Part shown: positions 25,326-37,130 of the stretch, one piece after another | Layout: each line of letters opens with the position of its first letter | Numbering within the stretch: the first letter of the stretch is position 1 | Origin: Octopus bimaculoides | Lineage: Eukaryota | Direction: 5' to 3' | NCBI RefSeq assembly: GCF_001194135.2 | Contig: NC_068981.1 | Span: 177,236,969-177,300,968, forward strand | DNA: 64,000 bases | Notes under the pieces: model-generated | The model's input: only the letters and a program-made list of their open reading frames with translations | Told to the model about the DNA's origin: nothing | Database searches by the model: none | Program-made: the position numbers and the translations under genes

Positions 25326-26833
25326 NNNNNNNNNNNNNNNNNNNNNNNNNNNNNNNNNNNNNNNNNNNNNNNNNNNNNNNNNNNNNNNNNNNNNNNNNNN
25401 NNNNNNNNNNNNNNNNNNNNNNNNNNNNNNNNNNNNNNNNNNNNNNNNNNNNNNNNNNNNNNNNNNNNNNNNNNNNNNNNNNNNNNNNNNNNNNNNNNNN
25501 NNNNNNNNNNNNNNNNNNNNNNNNNNNNNNNNNNNNNNNNNNNNNNNNNNNNNNNNNNNNNNNNNNNNNNNNNNNNNNNNNNNNNNNNNNNNNNNNNNNN
25601 NNNNNNNNNNNNNNNNNNNNNNNNNNNNNNNNNNNNNNNNNNNNNNNNNNNNNNNNNNNNNNNNNNNNNNNNNNNNNNNNNNNNNNNNNNNNNNNNNNNN
25701 NNNNNNNNNNNNNNNNNNNNNNNNNNNNNNNNNNNNNNNNNNNNNNNNNNNNNNNNNNNNNNNNNNNNNNNNNNNNNNNNNNNNNNNNNNNNNNNNNNNN
25801 NNNNNNNNNNNNNNNNNNNNNNNNNNNNNNNNNNNNNNNNNNNNNNNNNNNNNNNNNNNNNNNNNNNNNNNNNNNNNNNNNNNNNNNNNNNNNNNNNNNN
25901 NNNNNNNNNNNNNNNNNNNNNNNNNNNNNNNNNNNNNNNNNNNNNNNNNNNNNNNNNNNNNNNNNNNNNNNNNNNNNNGGCTTTGAGAGTTGCATTTCCT
26001 CGCATTCGGTAAAAAAGTGCTTTTTATAGTAGTCTGACCTTAGAGTCCCTCATGGCGTGAGGCGTTATTGTATAGTAATGCCCTTATATAAATATATATA
26101 TATATATATATTACACAAGCTAAATATAATACATTAGAAATACATTACATTAAGTGTTAAGCATGAGCTTTAATAAAGAGGAATGACAAATTAGTTCTAA
26201 ACAAATATTTATTAACTGGCACAACATCTAAAACTGGCTGTTATAAATGTCTAGGCCAGTTTGTTTTGCTACTACAAAATAGTGGTTGACAAAACAGCTG
26301 GCTTCCTAATCTTGACCTGCTACTGGTCAAATTAGTTTGACAGTTTTATCACTGAAGAACTTCTTAGTAGGTCAGTAGGGTGATGTGCTGCTGCCTTTCT
26401 AACAACCCTTTCCTAACTCCTCCAACATACACCTACACACAATAAATATATTATCTTCTGTTGTACCATAGAGTGGGTATTAATCTTGTGTATTTGTTAT
26501 TGCTTAGTCTCAAGTAGATCTATAGTGAAAAGTACTCCAGCCCTGACCACCCCATATTTTATGTACATCGGGAGCTACTTTGTACAAACTGTCCTTTCTT
26601 CTTTTAAGACAGCAGAATTTAAGGGAGATTTGGATTGTTTCTAGCAGGTCAAGAGACCAGATAGAGGCTCTCTCTTAATTTTATGTAAACGGCAATAGTA
26701 ATAAATAGTTTAAAAATAGAAATTTTAAAGGATGATCTGATAAAAAGGCAAGACAAAAAATATATACAAGTTTGCAAAGACACTTGGCTGCTCAACCTGC
26801 TAGAAATGGCAGCTAAACTTCACTTAAAACCTA

Positions 26834-27640
26834 GGATCTTTTTTAAAACGGGGGCCACATTTTTCATTAACGAAACACTTTGAAACTTGGAACACTGGTA
26901 GAATGTGTCATATAAAACATCTTTTTCTCTTAGTCTTCTTTAAAAAAAAAGAAATCCATAAATTATTCCATGTTAAAGTTGTCGTATTTCTGTAATTTCA
27001 ACCAATCACTGACGTCCATTCAGCCGATATACATTAAGTGCCGACTACATAAACAAACGATTCTGAAACAATTAACCCTAACCCTAACCCTAACTCTAAC
27101 CCTAACCCTANNNNNNNNNNNNNNNNNNNNNNNNNNNNNNNNNNNNNNNNNNNNNNNNNNNNNNNNNNNNNNNNNNNNNNNNNNNNNNNNNNNNNNNNNN
27201 NNNNNNNNNNNNNNNNNNNNNNNNNNNNNNNNNNNNNNNNNNNNNNNNNNNNNNNNNNNNNNNNNNNNNNNNNNNNNNNNNNNNNNNNNNNNNNNNNNNN
27301 NNNNNNNNNNNNNNNNNNNNNNNNNNNNNNNNNNNNNNNNNNNNNNNNNNNNNNNNNNNNNNNNNNNNNNNNNNNNNNNNNNNNNNNNNNNNNNNNNNNN
27401 NNNNNNNNNNNNNNNNNNNNNNNNNNNNNNNNNNNNNNNNNNNNNNNNNNNNNNNNNNNNNNNNNNNNNNNNNNNNNNNNNNNNNNNNNNNNNNNNNNNN
27501 GAAATAAATTTGAATACAAAAATATTTTTCTGTTCTATAATACAAAATAGATAAGTATACGAAGTTTGAAAGTCTTTCCGTACCAAAAACACTACGTAAA
27601 ACATTAATGAAAAAAGTGGCCCCCGTTTTAAAAAAGATCC
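26834..27640. mobile_element. Non-autonomous TIR DNA transposon, Merlin-like
   Basis: 37-bp TIRs starting GGATCTTTTTTAAAACGGGGGCCAC (36/37 identical). Perfect 8-bp TSD AAAACCTA (26826-26833, 27641-27648). Confidence 0.8.
27073..27110. repeat. (TAACCC)n telomere-type repeat, interstitial, runs into N-gap
   Basis: TAACCCTAACCCTAACCCTAACTCTAACCCTAACCCTA then N. Confidence 0.9.
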
Positions 27641-28189
27641 AAAACCTAACTTAAGTAAGGAAAAACACATTAGATAATGTAGTTGTGCATATTCCTAAAA
27701 AGATGTGTTTGATGTGTTTGTTGAATAAACCTAATGAAATTACTATCAATATCAGTCAAGAACTGGAATTGATTTAACCAATTATCTCCTCAATAGGATT
27801 TTAGGCCAATCATTATTTCTATGCATTACAGATATTATACAATGAAACAAGCTGTAAGATTCAGTGGAGTGGGGGGGGGGATCAACGAAGTAAGAATGTT
27901 TCTGGACAATCTGATCACAGATGACAGTTGTGTTGATATATGTACATGACTGAAAAATGAAAGAAAGAAAAATCCCTTCTATCTCATTAAGTAAATGAAA
28001 CTATAAATAATTTCAAGAATGAAACAGACAACATATCAACATAACTGGAATTGAACCAAAGAGTTTTAGATCTTCAGTACAATGTTGTCTCAACTGAGCT
28101 AATTTCAGCTAGTCTCGTAATTTTATAATTACACTTTCTGTCATTAAAATGATATTCAGCGTTCAAGACATACACACTTCACGTCTGGC

Positions 28190-28885
28190 TGTACAGCCTT
28201 TTTGTTTGTTTATTTCACCGTTTCGTTTTCCTGTCTTGTTTTCCGTCCGCCACTACCCTCCACAAAAAATTTAATTTGTGTTCATGGGAAGAACCATTTT
28301 AACGATGCGTACTGCCTTAATTCTTCGAAACACCGGAGTTTTAATGGTGGCAGCTGACGAAGGGGATGTTTCTCTGTGGCCTGCTTGTTTGTTGCACCTT
28401 GTTTACCATTTTGTCCTTGTTCTTTTGCCACGTCATGTACCCAGTTATGTATCTATATGTACATGTAGATGAACGTATATACATACATGTACATATATAT
28501 GCATATACTCATANNNNNNNNNNNNNNNNNNNNNNNNNNNNNNNNNNNNNNNNNNNNNNNNNNNNNNNNNNNNNNNNNNNNNNNNNNNNNNNNNNNNNNN
28601 NNNNNNNNNNNNNNNNNNNNNNNNNNNNNNNNNNNNNNNNNNNNNNNNNNNNNNNNNNNNNNNNNNNNNNNNNNNNNNNNNNNNNNNNNNNNNNNNNNNN
28701 NNNNNNNNNNNNNNNNNNNNNNNNNNNNCGGACAGTTTTAACAAAACTGTCCGATGAACGGGAACATGAAACTCTGAGTAACAGCTTCTTGTTATATTTC
28801 TGCTGCTTTTAATAAAGCATATTACTCTACCTCTGGTATTTGAGTACTCTTTTTCTACCTTGTTTCACATTTATGTGCTTACTCT

Positions 28886-28890
<5 letters not shown>
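28190..28890 (+). mobile_element. Penelope pLTR/retrozyme-like repeat(s) containing hammerhead motifs
   Basis: Hammerhead-like cores at 28293-28385 and 28747-28784. AATAAA at ~28810. Ends in (TA)n; interrupted by an N-gap. Confidence 0.55.
28747..28784 (+). ncRNA. Minimal type I hammerhead ribozyme motif (two substitutions)
   Basis: CTGT-CCGATGA-ACG GGAA CAT-GAAA-CTC T GAG-TA-ACAG. Stem I CTGT/ACAG, GUA cleavage triplet, near-palindromic stem III. Confidence 0.65.
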
Positions 28891-28959
<69 letters not shown>

Positions 28960-29476
28960 CACACACATATCCAACAATGAGTTGAAAAAAACCTAATTTC
29001 AAAATATATTTTGTTTTAATATAATTTTACACCTGTCTTTTATATTTACATAAATAAAGGAACACACATATCACAGGTGTGGAAAGCTTCTTAACACTAA
29101 ACACTTTTACTACCAGACATGTCAGGCTTTGATAAACACACAATTCAGGTGTTACTCAGCTGGCTGCAAATAGTAGCCAAAACTCTAAATAAAGGCTGAT
29201 ATACAGATGATGAGACAGTCTCAGATCAAAGGCCGTGCATCACAGATTTTTAATTACAACTGATATAGGATTACACAACAGCACTCAAGTTTATTATAAT
29301 CCCTCTCACTCTCTCTCTCTATCTATCTATGCACGCACACACACGCACACACACACATACACATACACACACTGTTTCTATGAGTCCTGCAATCTAGGAA
29401 AAGTGATTGTGAAAGAAAATGAAAAGTAATTTCTGAAATGACTGTAAAATCCAAGCTTTATCTGCAGATATTATGC

Positions 29477-29820
29477 AAGGTCTGATAAAAAGAGCATCAG
29501 GACTGTTGTTATGGTAACAGAGTGAAGCCACGTGGCACAGGTTGACCTTGAACTCTGTCACGCATGCACACTAAGTTATAACATTCTCAATCACTTCTGT
29601 TGTTTATAACAAAGCTCAGAAATAAAGTGTGTAGAGTGTGGTTGTTTCAAAAAGACGGTCAGACTTCAGTTGCCGATTCAGAAGGAATTGTACTGAATCT
29701 TTCATGTTCTCTCAAGAAGTAAAAATCTGTGTTGAGGAAGATGAAAACTTTTTGAAAATAGTCATAACAGATGAAGAATCGTGGGTCTATGGGCTATGAC
29801 CCAGAAACCAAGGCCCAGTC
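29477..29820 (+). mobile_element. Internally deleted mariner (irritans/Hsmar2-like)
   Basis: Terminus CAAGGTCTGATAAAAAG resembles 52217. Encodes FLKIVITDEESWV..YDPETKAQSSQWK. Confidence 0.78.
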
Positions 29821-29849
29821 TTCACAGTGGAAGACCCTAACAAGATTTC

Positions 29850-30160
29850 AAGATGTCAAGGAAATTCAAGAGAAATTTATTTGCCAATATTCCTGACCTG
29901 TACAGATTGCAAGCTCTCATGAACAGTGAATTGCATGAAATATTTAAATTTATTACAGAATGTGACAATTATGAAGATAAGATAAATTGCTTAAAGTCTG
30001 TCTACATAAAACCAGTGAACAAGATTTTTGTGAGCCACTAACTCATAACTCAACCAAATCCCTGGATTAATTTTTTTTTAAACCAGGAGTTCCTGGTAGA
30101 GGAATGCAACTTCAAGTTAGTGTTGGCTGAGCTGTTTGCAAAAAATTCAACAACAGTTGC
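29850..30160 (+). mobile_element. Ty3/Gypsy gag remnant
   Basis: FKFITECDNYEDKINCLKSVYIKPVNKIFVSH...ECNFK resembles invertebrate Gypsy gag (C..Y..AI..L...YVKPKNEIFARH...DCNF). Confidence 0.55.
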
Positions 30161-30552
30161 TTTTGTTTTATAAATAATATCAAGCAGTATAAGCCTCAGA
30201 ATACTTGAAAGCTCAACATATCACAAGCAGAATATTAGATATTAGCTCATCAAGTAAGAAGCTATTTTAGCAGTTGCTTTGCAGAAGTGTTTTTTTAATT
30301 TTTTTTTATTTAAAACACTTCTTCAAAGTAACTGCTGAAATAACTTCTTACTTGAGTTAAATTATTGTTTAAATCTAAATTTACTTATTTATCTGCAGAC
30401 AGTATAGGCATAATTGCAGAAAATGTCCAGCAAAAGATGCTATATGTAACAATTGTGTAAAAAAGGGATTTTCCTTGAGTAGACAAATCATGTAAAGGAT
30501 TCACAAGGAATCATTGTAAAATGTTAACTGTCTCCAACATATTCTTTTCTAC

Positions 30553-30757
30553 TCTAGGCACAAGGCCGGAAATTTTGGGGGAGGGGGCCAGTCGATAAGA
30601 TCGCCCCCAGTATGCAAATGGTACTTAGTTTATCGACCCCGAAAGGATGAAAGGCAAAGTTGACCTCAGCAGAATTTGAACTCAGAATGTAAAGACAGAC
30701 GAAATACCGCTAAGCATTTCGCCTGGCATGCTAACGTTTCTGCCAGCTCGCTGCCTT
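30553..30757 (-). mobile_element. SINE family B
   Basis: Reverse complement of the family B head, central domain and alternative tail. Confidence 0.88.
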
Positions 30758-31799
30758 CTGCTTCTAATATATTAACTTCTTCAACTTTAAAACTAACCCT
30801 AAGCTTTTCAGATTTATTGGAACGTTCTTTGTCTTTTGCACTAGCTAATACTGTAATTAACTTATCAATCAATGTAAGCTTTAGTTGACTGTGGAAGTAC
30901 TAATGACTTCATCAAAACTGATATTGTTATGCAGAATGATTTAGTCATTAAATCATTCAGAAGCTTCCTTGTGGTGATATCAATGCAGTTTGATACCAGA
31001 GTTACAAGAATATGTGATGTAAAATTCAATATGCTGAAAAGTCATACAAACAACAATGGGTGTTAATTATACACAAGTAAGATCTGCTTAGATATAATAC
31101 TGGTGTAGAGTCTCATGTTTCAACATTCTTCATTGACATTTAAGTTTAATGGTCCTAAAGTCTCATTTGTATGGTCAAATTTTGTTTGCCTAAAAATTTT
31201 ACCTTATTACAGCCTTCACTAATTTAACTCCATACACAAAAGTTATTGTGACACCCTCCTGAAGGCATTTTGTGGATGATTGCAAATTCATAACACAAGA
31301 AGTAAACTACCTAATCAAAGCTTTCTTTGATTAAACTGATTAACTCATTGTGGAGAGTACTAGTTACAAGTTAGAGAAATGATGCCTGATCATTGAATTG
31401 TTTACAACAATCAACATAGTCTTCCTGATGAAATTCTTGACAAATTAATACATACTTTATTGCAGAATTTATTTTTTTAGTAAGATTCTATTATTATCTA
31501 CCAATGGCATTTAAAGAGAATTCTTATACTGTTTTTTAAACCTTGGGTCAACTGTATCTGTATACAGGACTTCCACTTAGCCTTATGAAAGCAATGGCAT
31601 AGTGATATATAACATCAAGGACAACTGGAAGTTCTTATGGGATAACTTAATGAGAGCCACTGTCCAAATTTGTGGTTGGTGCAAAGTCCCCTAAAATGAC
31701 ATGGTGGTAGAACAGTGTAGTAGACAGGGCCATTAGAGCAAAGAAACATTCATGGAATGATTGGAAGAGTGGTGGTAGCAGAAAGCTCTATCAAATAGA

Positions 31800-32820
31800 A
31801 GGGAAACAAGGAGACAAGTATATTTAGCTAGAGGAGAAGCAGAAAAGAACCCAATGCAAGCCATGAACACATAAGAAGTGCAGCAGTGTCATATGAAGGT
31901 TAACAGAGAAAGCAGTCTTTTTGTGTGGCAGATGTTCAGGTGCAATAAACACTAAGAACGTACAGAAAATAGACTTCATCAAATGCCCCCTGGTATTTGA
32001 GGAAGTCTATTTAGAAGTAGAAGACAGGCTCTGGTACATAGGCAACCAAGATAGTAGTGGAGGAGGATTCTCTGAGAGCATGGCTGCTAGAATAAGAACA
32101 GGTTGGGCAAAACTCAGAAAGCTGCTACCTTTGTTGGTAACAAAGGGCCTCTCCCTCAGAGTGAAAGGTAGACTGTATGATACCTGTGTACAAACAGCCA
32201 TGCTAAAAGTTAGTAAAACATGGGCTGTAACTGTAGAGAACATGCGAAGGTTTGAAAGAAATGAAGTCAACATGCTCCAGTGGATGTGCAATGTACAATA
32301 GTGTAAGTATTTTAAAAGAGAAATTGGGTGTATGAAGTATCAGATGTAGTGTGCAAGAGAGAAGACTGTGCTGGTATGGTCATGTGATGCATATGGGTGA
32401 GGACAGCTGCATAAAGAAGTGCTAATCTCTAATTGTGGAGGAGACCTGTGGAAAGGATAGACCCAAGATGTGGGACAAAATAGTGAGAGATGATGTTCAG
32501 AAGATGTGCCTCACATCTAAGGTGGCGAGCTGGCAGAATTGTTAGCACGCCGGGCGAAATGCTTAACGGTATTTCGTCTGTCGTTATGTTCTGAGTTCAA
32601 ATTCCGTCGAGGTCAACTTTGCCTTTCATCCTATCGGAGTCGATAAATTAAGTACCAGTTATGCACTGGGGTTGATGTAATCGACTTAATCCTTTTGTCT
32701 GTCCTTGTTTGTCCCCTCTATGTTTAGCCTCTTGTGGGCAATAAATAAATAAGAAGATGTGCCTCACAAAATGACTAAGACTTCTGGCAATTTGCTGTGC
32801 TTGAGAAGACACATAAAACT
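31800..32820 (+). mobile_element. RTE LINE ORF2 C-terminal fragment
   Basis: ORF 31921..32301 has CGRCSGAIN...ARIRTGWAKLRKLLPLLVTKGLSLRVKGRLYDTCV...WMCNV. Confidence 0.88.
32516..32751 (+). mobile_element. SINE family B inserted in RTE, 17-bp TSD
   Basis: AGAAGATGTGCCTCACA at 32499-32515 and 32752-32768. Confidence 0.92.
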
Positions 32821-33423
32821 AAGTGAAATCAAGGGTGTCCACACATACAGGCACTGTTACTGCTTTTGAAAATATTAAAATCAATAAGAGAAAGCTCGCC
32901 TCTTTGCTACAGATAACTCAATCCTATTTACAGCCGGGACCATTGTATTAACCAATGCTCCAGCTGTTACATTATTACTGCTTTAAAAAAGCATACTTTC
33001 CAGAGGGGAATTGCTGAGAACAAAAAAAAAAACTCCTGCAATTTTTTAGTGTTTACGCAAGTGGCAACACTAACTCCCAGCAAGACTTTGCCCTCCAATT
33101 TATATTTGATAAATCTCATAACTGTAAAAACAAAGAGTGAACTTTTTCCATATAGTTTTGATATTTTCTATAGATGTATGAAAGAAAATGTGCACACTGA
33201 AATCTTGAATTTGTTTTGCTCAATCAAATTACAGATTTCTTCAATGTATCAGGTGTGAAAAGATTGATGCATTACATAAAGGGGGAAAATCTCCACTTCC
33301 ACTAAAAATTCTCATAAAATTTGTTATGCCCACCAAATATGCCCCAAATCAAAATTAAAATTTTACTATCAACACCAATGGAACATATCTCAATAGATTT
33401 TGTGGGACCTAAACATGCAGTGG

Positions 33424-33665
33424 TGGAGGCATATGGCTTAGTGGTTAAGGTGTTGGTCTCATGATTGTAGAATTGTGGTTTCAATTCCTGGGCCAGGTTC
33501 TTGGTTCTTAAGCAAAACACTGCATTTCATGTTGTTCCAGTTCACTCAGCTGGCAAAAATGAGTAATCCTGCAACGGACCAGCATCCCATCCATGTGGGG
33601 AATTTATATGCCACGGAAATCAGGAAACTGGTCCTTATGAGTTGGCATGACTTGAGAATGTAACC
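33424..33665 (+). mobile_element. tRNA-derived SINE, head D + tail Y (MetaSINE-like)
   Basis: GGAGGCATATGGCTTAGTGGTTAAGG...CAGTTCACTCAGCTGGCAAAAATGAGT...GCAACGGACCAGCATCCCATCC...GGAAACTGG. Confidence 0.82.
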
Positions 33666-34002
33666 TAAACTAGCAACTTCACCATTTTGCTTTTCTGGTA
33701 TTTTGCCAGTTTAAACGGATTCAAACATATAGGTACTGATACTTGTACTGCATAAGCATTTCTCATTATAAAATTTTATGTGCTGTTACATTTTGCAGCC
33801 ATTTTCTTAAACTCAAGCTTCCTGGAACCACAAACAGATGATAAACCTTTTCACTGGGGTGACCAAGGTTCCACACATATCTGCAATGAAAAGTACTACC
33901 AGTTCTATATTTTCCTCACATGTGAGGGCACAGAAAGTGTACTATTGGTGGGAACAGGTATAACCCTTTGATCACCCAAGGAGCCACATCCTTTGGCGAA
34001 GT

Positions 34003-34080
34003 GTGGTCAGTGTCCAAGATGTGCAGTTGTGGTCAGTGTCCAAGATGTGCAGTTGTGGTCAGTGTCCAAGATATGCAGTC
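34003..34080. repeat. 26-bp tandem repeat x3
   Basis: GTGGTCAGTGTCCAAGATGTGCAGTT twice perfect; the third copy has two mismatches. Confidence 0.95.
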
Positions 34081-34194
34081 TTGGTCTCAGAATACTGCCG
34101 TATGTTTTCGGCACAAGAGCACATGAAAGTATAGCATTAAGTCCATAATTTTAACACAAAAGGTGGTCATACTTGATAGCGAGTTAACAGTTAC

Positions 34195-34344
34195 ATCATC
34201 ATCGTTTAACGTCCGCTTTCCATGCTGGCATGGGTCGGACGGTTTGACTGGGGACTGGTGAGCTAGATGGCTGCACCAGGCTCCAATCTGATCTGGCAGA
34301 GTTTCTACAGCTGGATGCCCTTCCTAATGCCAACCACTCTGAGA

Positions 34345-34345
<1 letters not shown>
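34195..34345 (-). mobile_element. RTE LINE 3' tail
   Basis: CATCATCATCGTTTAACGTCCGCTTTCCATGCTGGCATGGG... Confidence 0.88.
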
Positions 34346-34419
<74 letters not shown>

Positions 34420-35275
34420 TACATCACTGTATCAACCAGATTGTCAGATGGCATTATACACCACTGGTCACAATGCACTGCACCATATTGTTGTATCTTT
34501 CAAATGAAACCACCCTGCTGACTAGGTGGGCAGGCCAACATTCCCTCTGAACAGAATGCTAGTCTGTCACAGAGCTGCCATTTACATAGGAGTGGACAAA
34601 AACAATGTGAAATGAAGTGTTTTGGTCAAGAGCACATATACAGTAATGGTCTGAGAATTGAAACGATCTTGTGATCTTCAGTGCAATGCCCTAACCACAA
34701 GGCCATGTACCTTCACACACACACGTGTGCGCGCATGCATGATGTGTGTATTTCAAGTGCATGCTGAATTGACTTTTAATCCTTATGCATATGCCATCAA
34801 TACAATTTGAAAGAAAAATATGGTGTTTCTTCTAAAACAACAATTGTATCAAGCATCTTTTTCTGACCACACGACACTGTCCATTATACTAAAAAGACAA
34901 AACCATCCTTGAGTTGAAATTATTTATATATGAGTGTGAGGGTACGTGTACATGTGTGTGTTCTGCATAATGTATTGAGCATTCTGTTGGCATGTTTTTT
35001 CATGTAACAACTCATATGTGAGTATGCGTATGCTTGTGTGTTTATATGGTAAACATAAATATATCTATGCATATTCAAGTGAGTTGTATGGATGTTCACA
35101 CACATGCACACATATATAAACAAACTTTGGAAGTGCTGAATGTGTTGGTATTTTACAGACTGCATTCAAAATTTACTTTCTTTTCTTTTATATCTATATA
35201 TATATATATATATTTGCCATGATAGATCATTGACCACTACACATGTTTTTTCTCTCCTTATTTCTTTCTGTGTTC

Positions 35276-35310
35276 CTTTCTGTGGAAAAGCGTAGCTCGA
35301 AACATTAAAG
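35276..35310 (+). ncRNA. Degenerate minimal hammerhead motif in (TA)n-flanked repeat 35215-35400
   Basis: CTTT-CTGTGGA-AAAGC GTA GCTC-GAAA-CATT-AAAG. Two changes from a CTGAGGA...GAAACGTT consensus. Confidence 0.45.
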
Positions 35311-35416
35311 ACATTCTCTATTCCCGAGCGTTATACTAATACATCCATTTGTTGTTTACACCACCTGTCTTCGTCTGTTGTTTTTTCATGAATTCTCATA
35401 TATATANNNNNNNNNN

Positions 35417-35451
<35 letters not shown>

Positions 35452-35822
35452 TTAATGGTATTTAACCTAGGTTGTACAAGAACTTTGACGTTTCTTGTAA
35501 TTTTAATTCATTTATATTTCAGTACAAGAGTATAGCAATTGTTGATGACAATTTGGCCACAATTAGTTGTAACAAATTAATGATAGATGTATACTTGAAA
35601 GAAACAAAAAAAAGATATACCTGATATCGATGAACAAGCCAACCAGACAGAAAAAGACAAAGGCACGGATTCACACATGTGAAACACCTGCAAAAATAAA
35701 TGATAGAAATTTGTGACCCAAACACTCATATACATATGTAAAATACAAATACACATGCACACATACAGATATAGTTCTGTATGTATATGTATGTGTGTAG
35801 TATATATGTATGTATGCCTGCA

Positions 35823-35860
<38 letters not shown>

Positions 35861-35925
35861 AATAAAATGAAACAACAAAACCAAGGCTGTGTGGAATTTA
35901 TAGGACATTTATAAAGAGAAAGGTA

Positions 35926-35973
35926 GTTTTACAGCTGTTTCTGGGATATTAGGGATATCCCTTCATTAGAGAC
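35926..35973 (-). ncRNA. Degenerate minimal hammerhead motif
   Basis: Minus strand GTCT-CTAATGA-AGGGATAT CCCTA ATATCCCA-GAAA-CAGCTG-TA-AAAC. 7-bp stem II and palindromic CAGCTG stem III. Confidence 0.6.
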
Positions 35974-36599
35974 GATATGAGAGAGTTAACTAGAGGGAGA
36001 GAAATAGTTGAGTTCAGTATAAGGAGTTATTTTGGAAAAGGATGGATATAGGAAGTATAAAGGGAGATAAGAGAATAAAAATAAAAATAAAACTGAAAAT
36101 ATATGTAGGATGTTACAGCTGCAGTTCCATTATCCAAAGAAAGAGCTGTGTATAATGGGTGGAAATGTTTCTTGTCCATGGTACGTAGATTCCGATTGGA
36201 ATCTACATATCATATATGTATATATAGACACCACACACAAACCCATACATATTATGGCTATAATATATGGCACAGTGAGCTGATTTAGATGTATTTACAC
36301 CATTTGTCTACAGCAAGAAATTTTCTCCATGACAAAATACAGTGAATGGCTTGCTTTGCTATTGGTGTGTTCGAACTGGTAAAAGCATAGCATAACATTG
36401 TATATTGTCTCAAGTTGCAAATATATTGCAATGGGATCAAAAAGATTTTGGCAAATTAACTCAAAAGGAATACATAAATTGGTTAGTATTGTAGTGCATA
36501 TGAAGTCAAACAGTTGTGCAATGATCTCAGGCTTCCTGTAAATCCTTATATGTATCAATGATATAACTGCTACATATTATGTAGTGTATCTGTTGAGGC

Positions 36600-37130
36600 A
36601 ACTGAAATCAAAATCGAACCAAATTCGATGACTGACACCCATGCCAACCTCTCCTTCATTGGACACTAAACTCGGCTTGCGAAGACCTGTTGGGGCACTG
36701 TACCAGTGGTGTGCTAAGAGCACCATCCGAGCATGATCATTGCCAGAGCAGCTGTCTGGCTTCTGTGCCAGTGGCATGTAAATGACATCATTTGAGCGTG
36801 ATCGTTACCAGCATTGCCTTACTGGCACTTGAAAAAAACATTTGAGCGAGATTGTTGCCAGTGCCACTGGACTGGCTCCTGTGCAGGTGGCACGTAAAAT
36901 ACACCATTTTGAGCATGGCTGTTGCCAGAACCGCCTGACTGGCCTTCGTGCCGGTGGCACATAAAAGCACCCGCTACACTCTCGGAGTGGTTAGCGTTAG
37001 GAAGGGCATCCAGCTGTAGAGATTCTGCCAAATCAGATTGGAGCCTGATGTAGCCATCTGGTTCACCAGTCCTCAGTCAAATCATCCAACCCATGCTAGC
37101 ATGGAAGGCGAACGTTAAACGATGATGATC
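36600..37130 (+). mobile_element. RTE LINE 3'UTR and tail
   Basis: Four to five ~65-bp units, then CACTCTCGGAGTGGTT...GTTAAACGATGATGATC. Confidence 0.88.

Noticed and set aside
27073-27110. True chromosome end
   Set aside because: The repeat is enclosed by TIRs and a TSD, with ordinary sequence on both sides.
24970-28812. Long ORFs containing X runs (also 6078-6554, 47246-47800, 55505-55791)
   Set aside because: The frames stay open only because they cross N-gaps.
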